In this document: in pieces, positions 37,713-51,199 of the stretch
Position numbering within the stretch: the stretch's first letter is position 1
Layout of the letters: every line of letters starts with the position of its first letter
Position numbers and translations under genes: made by a program
NCBI GenBank assembly: GCA_050273025.1
Contig: CP158635.1
Location: 1,240,001 to 1,304,000, forward strand
Direction: 5' to 3'
Source: Cenococcum geophilum
Lineage: Eukaryota
DNA length: 64,000 nt
The notes under the pieces: generated by a model
Seen by the model: the letters and a program-made list of their open reading frames with translations, nothing else
What the model was told of the DNA's origin: nothing
Database searches by the model: none

Positions 37713-40700
37713 TCTTATTGGGCGTAGGAGCTTCGCTTAGGGACATCTAGCCGCTTTAGGGCAAATCCTTAGCAGATTTGAGTGCTAGGAACTAGCAAAA
37801 CTGCTAAGAACTAGCCCTAGAGCGACCTTATAGCCCTACGCCTCCCAATTATACAAAAATTAAATATCCCCTCACGTAACTGCGATAGATAGATACTAGT
37901 GTCTATATATTGCTTAGTAGCATCTACCTCAGTAACGCATAATGCTGAGACCTTTTGCAATATTCGCGAATATCGAACGCAGTCACTACGTGGCTAATTC
38001 GCTTTCCCCACCCGCTATCCCTTATACTTAGTATGCATTATATATAGATAGCGCTTTAAGGCAATTCTTTAGTAGGTGCTAGGAACTAGCAAAACCACTA
38101 AGAGCCAGCCTTAATGCGACCACTATAGTTAGATAGTCTTACAGCTATAGGCTTACGGTCGGGGACATCTGGCCGCTTTAGGGCAAATCCTTAGCAGATT
38201 TGAGTGCTAGGAACTAGCAAAACTGCTAAGAACTAGCCCTAGAGCGACCTTATAGCCCTGCGCCTCCCAATTATATAAAAATTAAATATCCCCTTACGTG
38301 ACTGCGATAGATAGATAAATATCTACGTGTTGGAGTTTTATAGATACCATAGGGGTCTCTTTTGTTACAATCTGTACTAACTGCTGATTATTATAATTAA
38401 TAATAACGTCCTATTCGGGATCGAATCTAATGGCTTTAAAGATCCGAACTATATGCTTAACCTCCCTACTAACGTATAAGAGAGCTAGGAGTTCTACCTC
38501 CGTAATAAACTTAGTAACTGCCTTTTATCTAGTTGCCTACTATACTATAGGCCTATTAAATAAGCTTATTAAGAAGCCCTATAAGCTTTAACGTATTAGA
38601 GTATCGTTAGCAAAGCTAGTATTAAAAGCAGCTTTTAGAACCTGGTTTATCTTATACGGCGTAATAGTAGAAAACTTAAGAGTGAGGTATCTGGTATTGT
38701 AGAGATAGGTAAGTAATCTATTAATCTCCGCAAGATAAGCTGGCGACGGATTTTGTAAGAACTTAGCCAGCCTACTAACTAAGAAAGCAACGTCTGGTCG
38801 TATAGTAGATGCCGGATATATTGTAGAACCTATATAACGTTAATATCCTTTCATCTAATTTAGCGTAGCTTCTCCCTTATACGGCGTTAATTCCTAGCCC
38901 GATAGTAGTATAGCTAATAGCTTTAGATATTCTAGATGGTATATTAAGACTAGCTTTTTAAGATATTAATCTAGACAGAGCTAGAGCTTTCCCTTTTATC
39001 GATCTCACACAACACGAGTATTTAGGAATGACGTAAACTAAGGTATTTGGCGGATCTCGAATCGATCTTATAGCTACTTTAGGATGTCCTCTATCTGCTA
39101 TTAATAGCTCGGGTGTCCTATAATTAGGATATCGTTAACGTAGAAGAATATAAAGATAGGTTCGGTAGGGTATATATAGAGACATGGCTTATCCGGTATA
39201 GCTTTTAAACCCATACTCCGCAAAGCAGCAGATATTTCTAAAAACCACAATTTAGGAGATTTCCGTAGTTTGTATATTGCCTTTCTTAGATGGAGAGAGA
39301 ATCTAGGCGGTAGGTCTATACCCTTAGGGGGAACGAGGTAGACCTTATCGTTAACTAAGGCATTGATAAATGTATTGACGGCGTTAACTTGTATAACGTC
39401 GAGGTCGAAGCCAGTGGTGAGAGCGCAAAGTAGACGGAAGGTTCGATAGGCTGCCGTTATAGCTTTAACCTCCTCTTATAAGACTGCTTAAAGGTCTCCG
39501 CAGATAACTAGACGAGCTTTAAATCTTATAATAAAGCCGTCTGAATTTTCCTTATACGTAAAGACCTATATAGTAGGAAGTCGATAGACCTTCTTAATTA
39601 GTCGTACTTCGTCCTAGGTCTGCTTTCCGGTTAAGGCCCTTATCTTAGTATAAGCAGCTGCTTTAAACTCTGTAGCGTACTTATAATTAAGCATCTCTTT
39701 CCATAACTTTAGTAGTGGTGGAAAGTCGTCTTAATATCCGTACGTCTTTATAGCAGCAGTATAGAAAGCGTGAGCTAATAGTGTTATATTAGGACTGATA
39801 ATATTATTACCGTTATTGATTTGAACTGCAAAGGCTCGTTATTGTAGATCCTGATTTGGCATATCTTTCTTCTTTACCGTAGACCGCTTTTTACGGCTAA
39901 AACGTCTCTTACCCCCTAACGATAAGCCTGCTGTCGTCTGAGGTTTAGAACGAGGTGTAGGATCTATAAATAGTGGTTCGGTGACTTTAGAAGATGACTA
40001 AGTAGTAGATAATATCTGTGGCGTAGATGCTACGGTAGATAGTAATTGCTGAGGCGCCGAAGACGCTAATGGTTTAGACGGTTCTGGAGTTAGCTCCGGG
40101 GTAGGTAGCTAATAAAGTTCTTCTGTTAAGATCTAAATGCTTTTTAATGTAGGAGTAACGTTAATATTTGCTAAATGCGGCAGTCCTACATCTAGTTCTT
40201 TGTTAAAGTTCTCTATCCAGTCCTTGCTGCCATTTTAAAGATTATCTAGTAGGTTTTGGACTTGCTAAAAACGGTCCTTTTAAGCCTATGAGATAATAAG
40301 GTGTTCTAGTATTTCGGGAGATTAATATCTCTTTAACTTATTAATTCGTACGTCACGAGATCGGATAATACGGTTGGTGGTTGGTATCTATATCCTATAG
40401 ATATTTGACGCTTCTATACCGACGAGATAACCTATTTAGGCTTATGGCTTAAACTTTGCCTTCCTAGGAATGCCGTGTTTAATAAGCACGTAGGTTAAAG
40501 ATTTGGCTACACGAAGTCCTGCTAGCTATAGCTTCCGTTTATAAAGCATCTTAAATAGGGTCTTTTAGTTAATGGACTTAATAGGAGTTTGATTAAGTAG
40601 GAATACTGCTAGAAGTATAAACTCGGGCTATAGATCTACAGGTAACTTTGCTTTAATAATAGCAGTCCTTACTTATTCGGAAATGGCTCTTTCTGACCTC

Positions 40701-43504
40701 TTTGTAGGTCCATTTTAAGCTAGCATATATAGCGTTGATTGCTTAATAATACCTCTGTTAAGCTAGATAAGGTTCTTTACCCTGGCGCCTATACCTTACT
40801 CCTTATCTATATACCAAATGCGGATACCTTAAGCATTAAATTTCTTCATAAATGCTATTATTAATTTAAAGAGTGGGAGCAGTATCTTTTGCTTATAGTT
40901 CTTAATAGGAAAGGCACGGTGGTACTTTATATAGTTATACCAAAAATGAGCTATATACGTGTCTCTATTGAACCCATCTTGTTCTATAATAATATTAAAG
41001 TAAACACGTTTAAAAGGGTAAGTTCTCTTTATAGATATTCTGCGAGATATCTGCTGTGTTATCTTTCTAAGAATATATGGTTTATAAAGTGGTACACTAT
41101 ATAAAGTTCTTTCTCTGTCCGTCTTAACCACTTTAACCCCATCTGCCGCAGTCGGCAGATAATCCACTAACTCTATATTATAGTGTAGTAAGCGTTAATG
41201 CCATACTTTGTTATATGCTAAGGTCTCGAAGAATCTAGTGGATGTAGCGTAGGTAGTAGGAGTAGGTGGTAAGGTGGCAATGGTATTAATAAGGTAGAGA
41301 CCTCTGTATTTTATAATGTTGGTAAATAGGCTTCCGTTATCTTTATAGCGTAGATGGTTTATAGATTAGTTAATAATTACTCTAACCCTGTAGAGCTTTA
41401 CTGCGGATATTAGATTAGTATAAAAATAGGGAGTATATGCTACGTTCCTTAATGTCAGATACCGAGTTAGGCGTTATTTTCCCACCTTAATTGCTAAGTT
41501 GATATTACTATATCCATAAATTTCTGCCCTAGAATCTCTAGCTGTTGCTATGGATATGCTTAGCTTAAAGTTATGGAAGTATTTAATATTGTTATAGAAG
41601 TGGGTGTCTGCCATAGTGTTATACCCCTAGGCATTAATTAAAGACAGATCCGGATGATCCTGCGATAATGTTAATAATGAAAAGGATGTTGTTATAGCTG
41701 CCGCTGTAGCTTGGGGCCTGTCTAGATCCTTAACCTTTTTAGCAGTAGACGAAGCTGATATAGACGTCCTTAATTTAGGACCTTCCTTCTTAATCTACTT
41801 AAGTCTTTTATTATAGTACTGCTTGTTTATTAGGACCTTAAGCCATTCTTAATACTTCCTTAAATACTTATTATTTAGTATAAAGTGCGGACCTTAAAGA
41901 GACTAAAACAGTTGCTTGTAATTCCTTAACTTATAGGGTAAACCATAAGTAAAACACTTTATCTCAGATAATTAAGAAGGTGCTAGGCTAGTAGACGTTG
42001 TTAGATCTGTAGATGGCTGCCCTAAGAGTATAGCGTAAGCGTTATATCTAGTATTTGGGTGCTTATAGAGGAGGTTAAATTCCTTAATTATTATTGCTAT
42101 TTTAAGCTTTTCTAACCTCTTCGCTACCTTTTAAATAAAGGCATAATATAGAGCTAGATAGATCTCCTTATAGTCCTAAACAAAGGCTTATATAACGCTG
42201 CTCTCTGTTGCCTCTATTAACCCTTCCTCTAGCTCTTCGCCGTTTTGTATAATGGTGATATAAAGCTAAAGCTATAACTTTAGTGTCTGGCGTTTAGGCC
42301 TTTATTTCCGTTTCTTAAGATCGTCCAATACTATTTGCTATAGCGTAGCTTAAGATAGCTTTGCTACCTTCTTTAACTGTCTTAGAACTAAATATGGTAT
42401 AGTAAGGTTTTTGAGATACCCTAAGAAGTTGGTGCCTATGGTGGTATGCAAGAGTGCTGCAAACGTATGGAGCTTCTCTTCCCGCTTTAGGTAGTTCTGT
42501 TATTAGAGCTTATAGAGCTTAAAGAGCATTCTTTATATCTTTAGAGATTGCTAAGTTTATTGTCCTTAACTTAATAACCTAGGTGTAGCTGTTCTAGTAG
42601 ATGCTGGAGTTGCTACTAGATTTGCAGGAGCCGCTGCTTGTGCTGCAGGAGCTGCAGGATTCGCTGCTGGTGCTGTAGGATCTGTAGGTGCTGCTGTAGG
42701 TGCTGTAGGAGCTGCTGTTATTGAAGGTATGGCTAGCTTATTATTTTCTTTAATTTTATTCTCCGTCTTATCTGGGTTAATATAGTCCTAGATCTTTGCA
42801 AAACTTGCTTCTTGGCGGATAAATTAAAACTATATAGGCTAGTCTTTCTAGGTTAGCAAAAGAGGGTTTGTAGAGTCCTTAGTTGCTATAGTGGCTTTTA
42901 TTTTAAGGTTGCGTAAAGAGACGCGCTTACGCGTAAAGCACGCGATATTTCGTGACGAACTATGCTTAAAGAGGCTTAGTGGTAGTCGTCTGGCCACTGA
43001 GATCTCCTTAGTGCTTAGAAGGTTACCGGGCTTATAACTGTTAGCTAGGTAGGTATCACGAATGATATATAGCTAGCTGATTGATATAGAGACACAGAAT
43101 TGAACGATTAATCTGTTTTATTTAAGGTGGCTCTAAGAGCCCTAATATATATAATAGAATTGACCCCCTACAGGGGTCCCTAGAGGGTGGTGTAACAAGA
43201 CGATATTAGGCTAATACTGATGTCTGATAGCTGTCGTCATAGGTCAATATTACCTATAGGTAAAGCTACCTCCGTGGCCAATACTACCTATAGAGCCTTC
43301 CGCGGGGCTACCTGTAGAGCCTCTAGAGCCTCCAGTAGAGCCTTCCGTAGAACCTCCAGAGCTTCCAGCAGAGCCTTCCGCAGGGCTTCCGCCTTGACCC
43401 TTCTTTGCCCACTTTATAGATTGGTTAATTGTAACCCATTGAATATCCGCTGCCTTATAGTGTTAATTGTTGTGCCCATTTAAACCCTGCTGCTGCCCCT
43501 GCTG

Positions 43505-43539
<35 letters not shown>

Positions 43540-45661
43540 TAGTGTGAGGCTCTACAAAGCTAACTTTGAACGTCAGCTTTGTCGAGTTTCTTCCCTTTGT
43601 ATTCGGCCGATTTTGGATTAATTAAGGAGCAGGAGGAGGAGGAGGATTAACGGGTAGTAGAGCCTTAGGAGGAGCCTTGCGGGAGGAAGTCTTTAAGCTA
43701 GTAAGCGGTTTAAGTAGTGCCTATTTAGGTCGACGTTGTCGCCGAATCTTTAGATCTTAATCGTCTTGCAGAGGCTCTAAGTTAACGAATTTGTGTAGTA
43801 GATAAGGACCTATCTATATAAGCGGTGGAAGCTTTAGCGGCTAAGGCTTTAAAAGCGTCTACTTATTCCAATTAAGCCTATTTAGCTTAATAAGCACCTA
43901 CTGCTATATATAAGCAATAACCTAATAACAATAACGATCCTGCCTTTTTAACGCCTTTTAGTCTCGGGTATAATTAGCTGCTCCCTCGCAATATTTATTA
44001 CCTCCTCTATAGCGGATAACCTCTTATATATAATATGGAATTCGCTTTATCTAAGCCTAAATTCGCCACTGCTTAAGCTCCTCCCACGCCTTCCGCTATG
44101 CTTGTTTAGCTTCTACGCGGGTTTATAGTGCTCCCTTTTATATAGTAACTCGCTTTATATAATTCTAGTAAGGCTTAATTATATTTAAATTGGGTAAATT
44201 ACTAGGCCAGAATAATCGCTAAATATTTACTACGTTAAAGTAGATCTACTAGCGCTTTAATGTATAAGGTATAGCTTTATCCTCTTATATAACTATATCT
44301 AGGCGATTAATTTAGCACTTAATTGTAAATAGAATAAGTTTTAGAAGAAGGATATTTATAAGATAGCGGTACCAATTAATGCCTCCCTTCTTACTATTCC
44401 GCTAAAAAGTACTTATATCCTTAGTAAGGCGGAACAATAGCTTTCTTCCTAGCTTATTTTTAAGGCCTAGTTAACTTATACTAGTAGTAAGCGCCTACGC
44501 CTAACAAAGCTCTGGCTTAATTGCGTTATTAATTTTCTAAAGGTCCTTCTTTACCGCCTTCTTTTCCGCTATAGTCTCCTTCTTCCATATATAGTAAGGA
44601 CCCTTTTAATTATATAAGAAGTAGCCCTAGAATATAAACTTAGAGGCCTTCTACTAGCGAGGTTAAATAGACTATTTATTAACCTTTTCTTTAGCTAAAC
44701 GCTAGAGCCTATATTTACCTCTTCTATAGCCTAGAATAACGCCTATCTTATTACTCTAAATAACGGCCTTCTAATCCTTAATTGTCTAATTCCAATATTA
44801 TAAAGCGAATTAATAGTGAGCTTCCTTTATAGCTAGTATAAGGCTGGGCTTTTATATAGGCTTAGTCTTGCGATATTTATAACGCTAAAGAACTCGCTAG
44901 ACTGTTTAAGTAGAGTAGCCGCATTTGGCAGCAATATAGGCGCAGGACTTCTCTCTACTATATTAATCGGAGGTAACCTTCTTAAGGATTCGCTGCTCAA
45001 ATTCGCGTATATATTTGGTTTTTCTGCTAGGATAAGAAGCGTTAATAACGTAGCCGTTAATTATAAGAGGATTTATAGTAGGATTCCAGCCGTAATTAAT
45101 AGCTTTTTAGAATAAATACTAAAGGCCTTAACGTTTAATTTTAGTAATATTTTTGATTTAATTTAAGATAGCTTCTATAGCCTTTATAGCTAGGGTATTA
45201 TGGACGCTTTAAGTACGATATTACGATTACTTGGAGAGGAATCGGAAGAAGCTAATTGGTTGATTTAAGCACGGTCCAGGATGGAGCCGATAGAGCCATA
45301 TAACGAGGAATGGTAACTAAGGTCATATAATATGCTACGTATTAAACAAGAGGAACGAGAGGAACTTACGTACCTTATATATAAGACGTACATCACGTAT
45401 AAGAAGGATTTTATAGGAGTACGGTTGTGTATTTAAGGACCCTTAGTCCCTACCTAGATAGTTCCTTCCTTATAGTAATTCTCAGAATATATTTAGAGTT
45501 AATCTATTAGGCAACTACTCTACTAGTTATTATTGTTTATTAACTTTAATTCCTTTACCTACACACCTAGCCTAATAATAAGCCTATTATAGTACCTGCT
45601 ATAAGGTTCTGTTACATAATTACTACCTAGTTATAGTATTAAATATAGAAAGTTAAACAAT

Positions 45662-48640
45662 ATGCCACTAAAAGCAGCCACCATAACGCTATTAACGGCG
45701 GCAACTACTTTAAGGTTAGGTGACACTAGTATAGTAAATACTAACTTACAGTAACCTATGACGGTTGGATAACTATAAGAGGTAATTAACCAGCTAACAG
45801 CTAATAATGTAGCGTTGGAAGAAAGGGTTAATGGGATTAAAGCAGTAAAGGTTAAGTTACTATCTATTAAGAGATTCTTAGGAGAAAGGTTAAAGCTTAA
45901 AGGATTTCTTATATAAATACACTTTAAAGTTTTATAGAAAGGGGTAAAGCTACTAACACCTATGGATCGAATAGCCTATACAGGACTATTCTTATTAGGA
46001 AGAGCACTAAAGTGGTTTAAATCTTACCTTACAGAGATACAAATAAACAGAATAACGACTACTAACTAAGATATACGATTTATATTCTTAAGCTAGGAAG
46101 GGTTTGCGGAGCGACTTACGCAAATATTTAAAGACCTAGAATTAATAACTACGGTGGAAAGGAAACTCTAAGACATTACGTAATAAACTTTAGTAATTAA
46201 GTATATAATATAGTTCCAAACGTTAGCGACATAAGTAGAGTGGAATAATAGGGCGCTTATGGCATAGTATAAGTAAGGACTTAAGGCTAAAGTCTAGGAT
46301 ATAATTATCCTAATAGAAGATACGGACACCCTAAGGGAACTAATAGATTAAGTGATTAAGATTAATAATTGGATCTACTAAAGGGAATAGACTAAGAGAG
46401 GTTAGGATAGAGTTCTATAGTTATATAAGGCGTAGAGTACGCAATAATAAAAGCTAAGTTAGAAACTATAGTATAGCGCAGAGCTAATGGACCTAAGTAG
46501 TACTAAAGAAGCCTATAAGAGATAGAGCAAAAAACTATAAAAACCTAAAGGTTAAGGATTTAGTAATTATAGGACTAAGGAGCAGAGGCTAAACTAGGGA
46601 TTTTAGTAACAGAAGACGTTTAGGCGGACTCTATAGTAAAGTTAATAGTTTAAAGACGGAGCTTATATAAATTGCAGGAAATAGGGTTATTTCGCAAGGG
46701 ATTATAAAGATAGTTAGAGTTACTATATAATAAAGGGAACTAGACTAATAGTAGAAGATATATACGTATAGAGGGATAATAGTGTACTGCGAGGAATAAA
46801 AGAATATTTAATTAGAAGTTTTGCGTTTTGTTATAATAACGCATACCAAATTTATAAAGACGCTAAGTACGGCGTAAGCTATTAGCTATAGGAGCTAAAA
46901 TCTATAGAGTATAGAGGAACCAATAAACCAGTTCGTAGATTAGATATTAAGGACGATAAATTTAATAAAGGCGAAACATTTTGTAACAATAAGGTAATAA
47001 GAGTAGCTTACTAGGAGCATGCGGACCTCCAAGATATTATACTAAAGGTAGAGGATAATTCCACTACAGAATAGGGAATATTAGTAGGGATTAAGACCCT
47101 ACTAGACACGATATCTATTGCTTTGCGAGATATAAGAGAAATAGGATAGCGAACTACTTTAGCACTCAATAAAGGCAAGAAGCTAAAGGCTTAAGATTCT
47201 TAAGATAAGATAAGAGACGACCAAGATTCTTAAAATGAGATAAGGTATACCTAAGGATCTATAATAGACGAAAACCAATAGAGTAGGGCAGTAGCTTAGT
47301 TTAAAGATATACGAATAAGCTTAGGATAGAGTTTCCTACAGGTATAGGACTCTTAAGACGAGATAAGCGAGATTTAAGACTCTTAAGACGAGATGAGAAT
47401 ACTAAGTAAGCCTAGTTAGACTAAGGTAGGAGTAAGGCTTAAGTTAAAAGCAAGCTTAGGATTAAGAATCCTATAGAACTAAGACTTTAATATATAAATA
47501 AGGACTATTAAAAAGATTAGAGAATCTATAATATAAACGGTAACTAGACTAGGAGACAGATATATAGACCTAGAGGACTTACTAGGGGAATATAGTGTTC
47601 GGCCTAAAGATCGAAAAGTTAATACTAAGATTAAGAAGTAAGACGACTTTAAAGATCTAAGTGTAAGACGCAAACTAAAAGAAACTATAAAAGAATTTAG
47701 ACGAAGAATTATCGTATAGTAGGAGTAGAAACTAGATAAGAGATTTAGTATATTAGGACGTATAAGGGATAGAGCGCTAGTACGAAGAATTACTAATAGG
47801 CCTAGAGCAGGCATACTAAGAGCTAAGTGGCTTACTAAACTAGAAAACGAAGAGGATTTAGGGATTTTAACTAGGTTTAAGGAACGATATATAAAGGGCT
47901 GTTATAATGCAGTAATAAGAAGATACTTTCTTACGGATAAACCATATATACTCTAGCAGCTGTACTAAAAGTGGTATAGGCAAAGGCATAATAATAAGTA
48001 GGAAGATTTCTATATGTAGTTAGATAAAAAAGTTATCTAAAACCACCTAATTACGGAGAAGGCTATAAGTTATATTAAAGGAGCCTTAATTATAATATTA
48101 AAAGATCTAGAAAAGCGTTTAGAGGACTAGAGAAGTAAAAGACGTATTTTAATACCTGCAAATAAAGATATAACGTTTAGATTAATATGGTAGAGGTTTA
48201 AACTTAAGGATAAAGACAAGCCGAGAGTTAACCTAAGACACTAAGTACATTATACGCTATTATGGATCGTATATGTAGATAATATATACAATATACATAA
48301 AGCACTAAAAGATAAGCACTATAAGTATCCTATAAGAATGTATTGGATAATAGATAAGCAAAAGTATAGGAATACTAAGTATATATATAGTTAGTATCTA
48401 GTAGAAGTTTAGGAGTTAGGAGACTTAATACTTTAACTAGGAAGATTCCTTACGGAAGAATACCTAGATAAATAATAGTAGTGGGAATGCCTAGAGAATA
48501 TGTGTCTATAGTATATTAAAGATAAAAAGCAAACTAAGTATTGGCCTAAGTTAGACCAAGTATAAATAGGATTAAGTAGCTAATAGTTAGGAAAAGTAGA
48601 GGCCTATAGGACTAAAGGGAGCTAGTAATAGAGCCTTAGA
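45662..48640 (+). pseudogene. Gypsy-3 extended gag (capsid, CCHC knuckle, extra Cys/His motifs)
   Basis: ATG at 45662; LGRALKWF..YL; (C).NC.K.G(H)FARD(C) at ~46664-46704; ~1.9 kb of further coding-like sequence before the protease. Confidence 0.75.
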
Positions 48641-51199
48641 CCCTTAAAAGAATTTAAGGATAATACCTAAATTTATAAGTTAAGTAGCAAGATTAACAGT
48701 TTAAGGCATTAATAGATAGTGGAGTAATAAGGAACTATATCTCGCTAATAGCAGTTAAAAGGATGGGATTACCTTACAGACAAAAAGAGGAATCTTACCT
48801 ATTAGTAATAATTTTAGGAGATCCAATAGCCTATAGAGGAGGGATTATTAATCTTAAAACAGGACCTATTTAGCTAACTATTAAAGGGAGATAAATTAAG
48901 ATGTCTTTTAATATATTACTATTAGGGAATAATAAGGCAGTACTAGGAATGCCTTAGTTATAAGAATATAATTTAAGAATCGATTGAGTTATAGGTTAAG
49001 TTAATATTAGGGATACTTAACGCCGCAAGATATAATAACAAGCTAAGATAGTATAGTACTAAGTAGGAGCGACCTATAAAGAAATAGAAAAAGGACTAAG
49101 TTACGTACTAAAAAGATACCATAAGTACGGCAAGAAACTATAGTTACTAGAAAGTAAAAAGCTATTAGAGTATATAGTATAGGACTATAAGATAAAATTA
49201 AAACTAGAAATAAGTCTAAGGTTCTTTCTAATCTATAAGCTTACTAAAGAGAAAGGTAGAGCATTAAAAGAGTTTATCTAAGAAAATTTATAAAAGGGAT
49301 ACATTAGACCATTGTAGTTATTAGCGGGTTATCTAATACTATTTATACTAAAGAAAAATGGCAAGCTAAGGCTATATATCGACTATAAATAGTTAAACAG
49401 TATCACTAGGAAGAATAGGTATCCTTTACCCTTAATTAGCAAAATTTAAGATAGGATAGGCAATGTATAAATCTTTACAAAGATAGATTTAAGATAGGTA
49501 TACCATTAGATTAGAATTAAGGAAGGCGATAAATAGAAGGCAGCCTTTAGGTTAAAGGAAGGACTATATAAACTATTAGTTATACAATTTAGGTTTATAA
49601 ACGCACTAGCAACGTTCTAAAAGCGTATTAATAATATATTAGGAGAATACTTAGATGAATTTATTATGGCATACCTTAATAATATTATTATCTACTTAAT
49701 AACTAAGGAAGAATATAGGGAACACGTTAAATAGGTCTTAAAGAGACTATAAAAAGAATAGATGCTAGTAGTAATTAAGAAATACAAGTTCTTTACCAGG
49801 AAGACCAATTTCGTTAGATTTATTATTAAACTAGGCTAACTTAGTATAGATCTAAAAAAGATTAAGGCTATAGTAAATTAGCAGGAACTAGAGAATATTA
49901 CGCAGTTAAGATTATTTCTAGGATTTTGCAATTACTACAGAAGGTTTATAGCGCAATGGTTAAAGAATATTAAGCCATTTACGCGATTAATAAAGAAAGA
50001 AGAAATATGGGCATAGGGAGAGGAATAAAAGGAACTCTTTAAAAAAGTTAAAGAGTTGTTCACCTAGGAGCCAGTTTTTAAAATCTATTAACTAGGACTA
50101 GAAACGGTTATAGAAATAAACGCATTAGACTATATACTAGGGGCGTACTTTATATAGAAATATTAAAATAGATAGCACCTAGTAGCATACTATAGTCGGA
50201 AGATAACACTACTAGAGTTAAACTATAACATCTATAATAAGGAGTTATTGGGTATAGTTATAGCACTAAAGAAATAGAGAGTATTCTTATAAGGTATAGA
50301 GAAACTATTTATAGTTAAGATAGATTATAAGAACCTAATAGGATTCCTAATAATAAAGGAACTTAACTAAAGATAGGTTAGATGGGTAGAGATGCTTATA
50401 GAATACTATTTTAAGATTTAGTATATTAAGGGTATAGACAATACGCGAGCAGATATTTTAAGTTAAAAGGCTAAACTATAAAATAATAAGAAGCTATTAG
50501 GGGCTTTACTATAAAAAGATATAGACGGATTAATTAGATATAATTATCTAAAAATTATAATAACTTAAGAAGAGTTAGACAAAGTCTATAAGACGCTAAA
50601 AAGCTTTTAGGTATAAAGGATTTTAGAAGTATAACTAGAGGATCTATAGATGGATATATATAAAAATTAAGAAGTAATTGTTTGTACCAATTTAATGGTA
50701 CAAGTGAGTCGTGTCTAGGGGCACGAAATACGTATAGTATCGTATGCTTATTTAGACGGTGGTGACTGTCGATTGTATAAAGCAGACTACGTAGTCTATA
50801 TACTGATGCGCCTCCCCCCTGATTAGTTAGTGCTTCAGAAGTGCACCAGACGCGTAAGCGGGTGGTTGGTGCACCAAACGCGTAAACGCGTACTCGGCGT
50901 ACCGAGCGCGTAAGCACGCGGTTGGTACGACAGGTGCTATAATTATACACTGGCGGTACTTGGAAAATGAAACCACTTATGTATAGCCTCCGTAATTGTC
51001 TTAATAGAACCATAAAACACATAAGAAAATACATAGGAAATCCCTCCTGAGGTGCCTTCTGGGTTGCCTTCCAAATAGTGCTCCAAGCTGGCCGTAAGTC
51101 CTGCTTACGGTCCGTAAAATAAACTGTACGGCCTTTTAACGGGCCGTAAATGCACCGTACGGCCTTCCGACGGGCCGTGGCTGAACCATAAATGCTCCG

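Larger units (their letters stand above)
33506..38317 (+). mobile_element. Ngaro-like (DIRS order) tyrosine-recombinase retrotransposon
   Basis: Split direct repeats: A1 33506-33618, B1 37740-37895, A2 37893-38005, B2 38162-38317. Gag, RT/RH and YR frames in that order. No TSD apart from a shared ata trinucleotide. Confidence 0.93.
33341..42889 (-). pseudogene. Copia-2 gag-pol, RIP-inactivated, split in RNase H by the Ngaro element
   Basis: Integrase remnant in track ORF 40829-41167. RNase H KL.HVDI | ..FWLRQ.V..ADGLTKAL rejoins across 38318/33508. Confidence 0.87.
33006..43283 (-). mobile_element. Copia-2 LTR retrotransposon (~5.5 kb without the Ngaro insert)
   Basis: 245-bp LTRs at 33006-33250 and 43039-43283; TSD ctacc; PBS-like gttat(a/g)agccc after the 5' LTR; PPT agggggtg; RT FKARLVICGD and LRKAIY.LRKSPKLWF. 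Confidence 0.94.
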
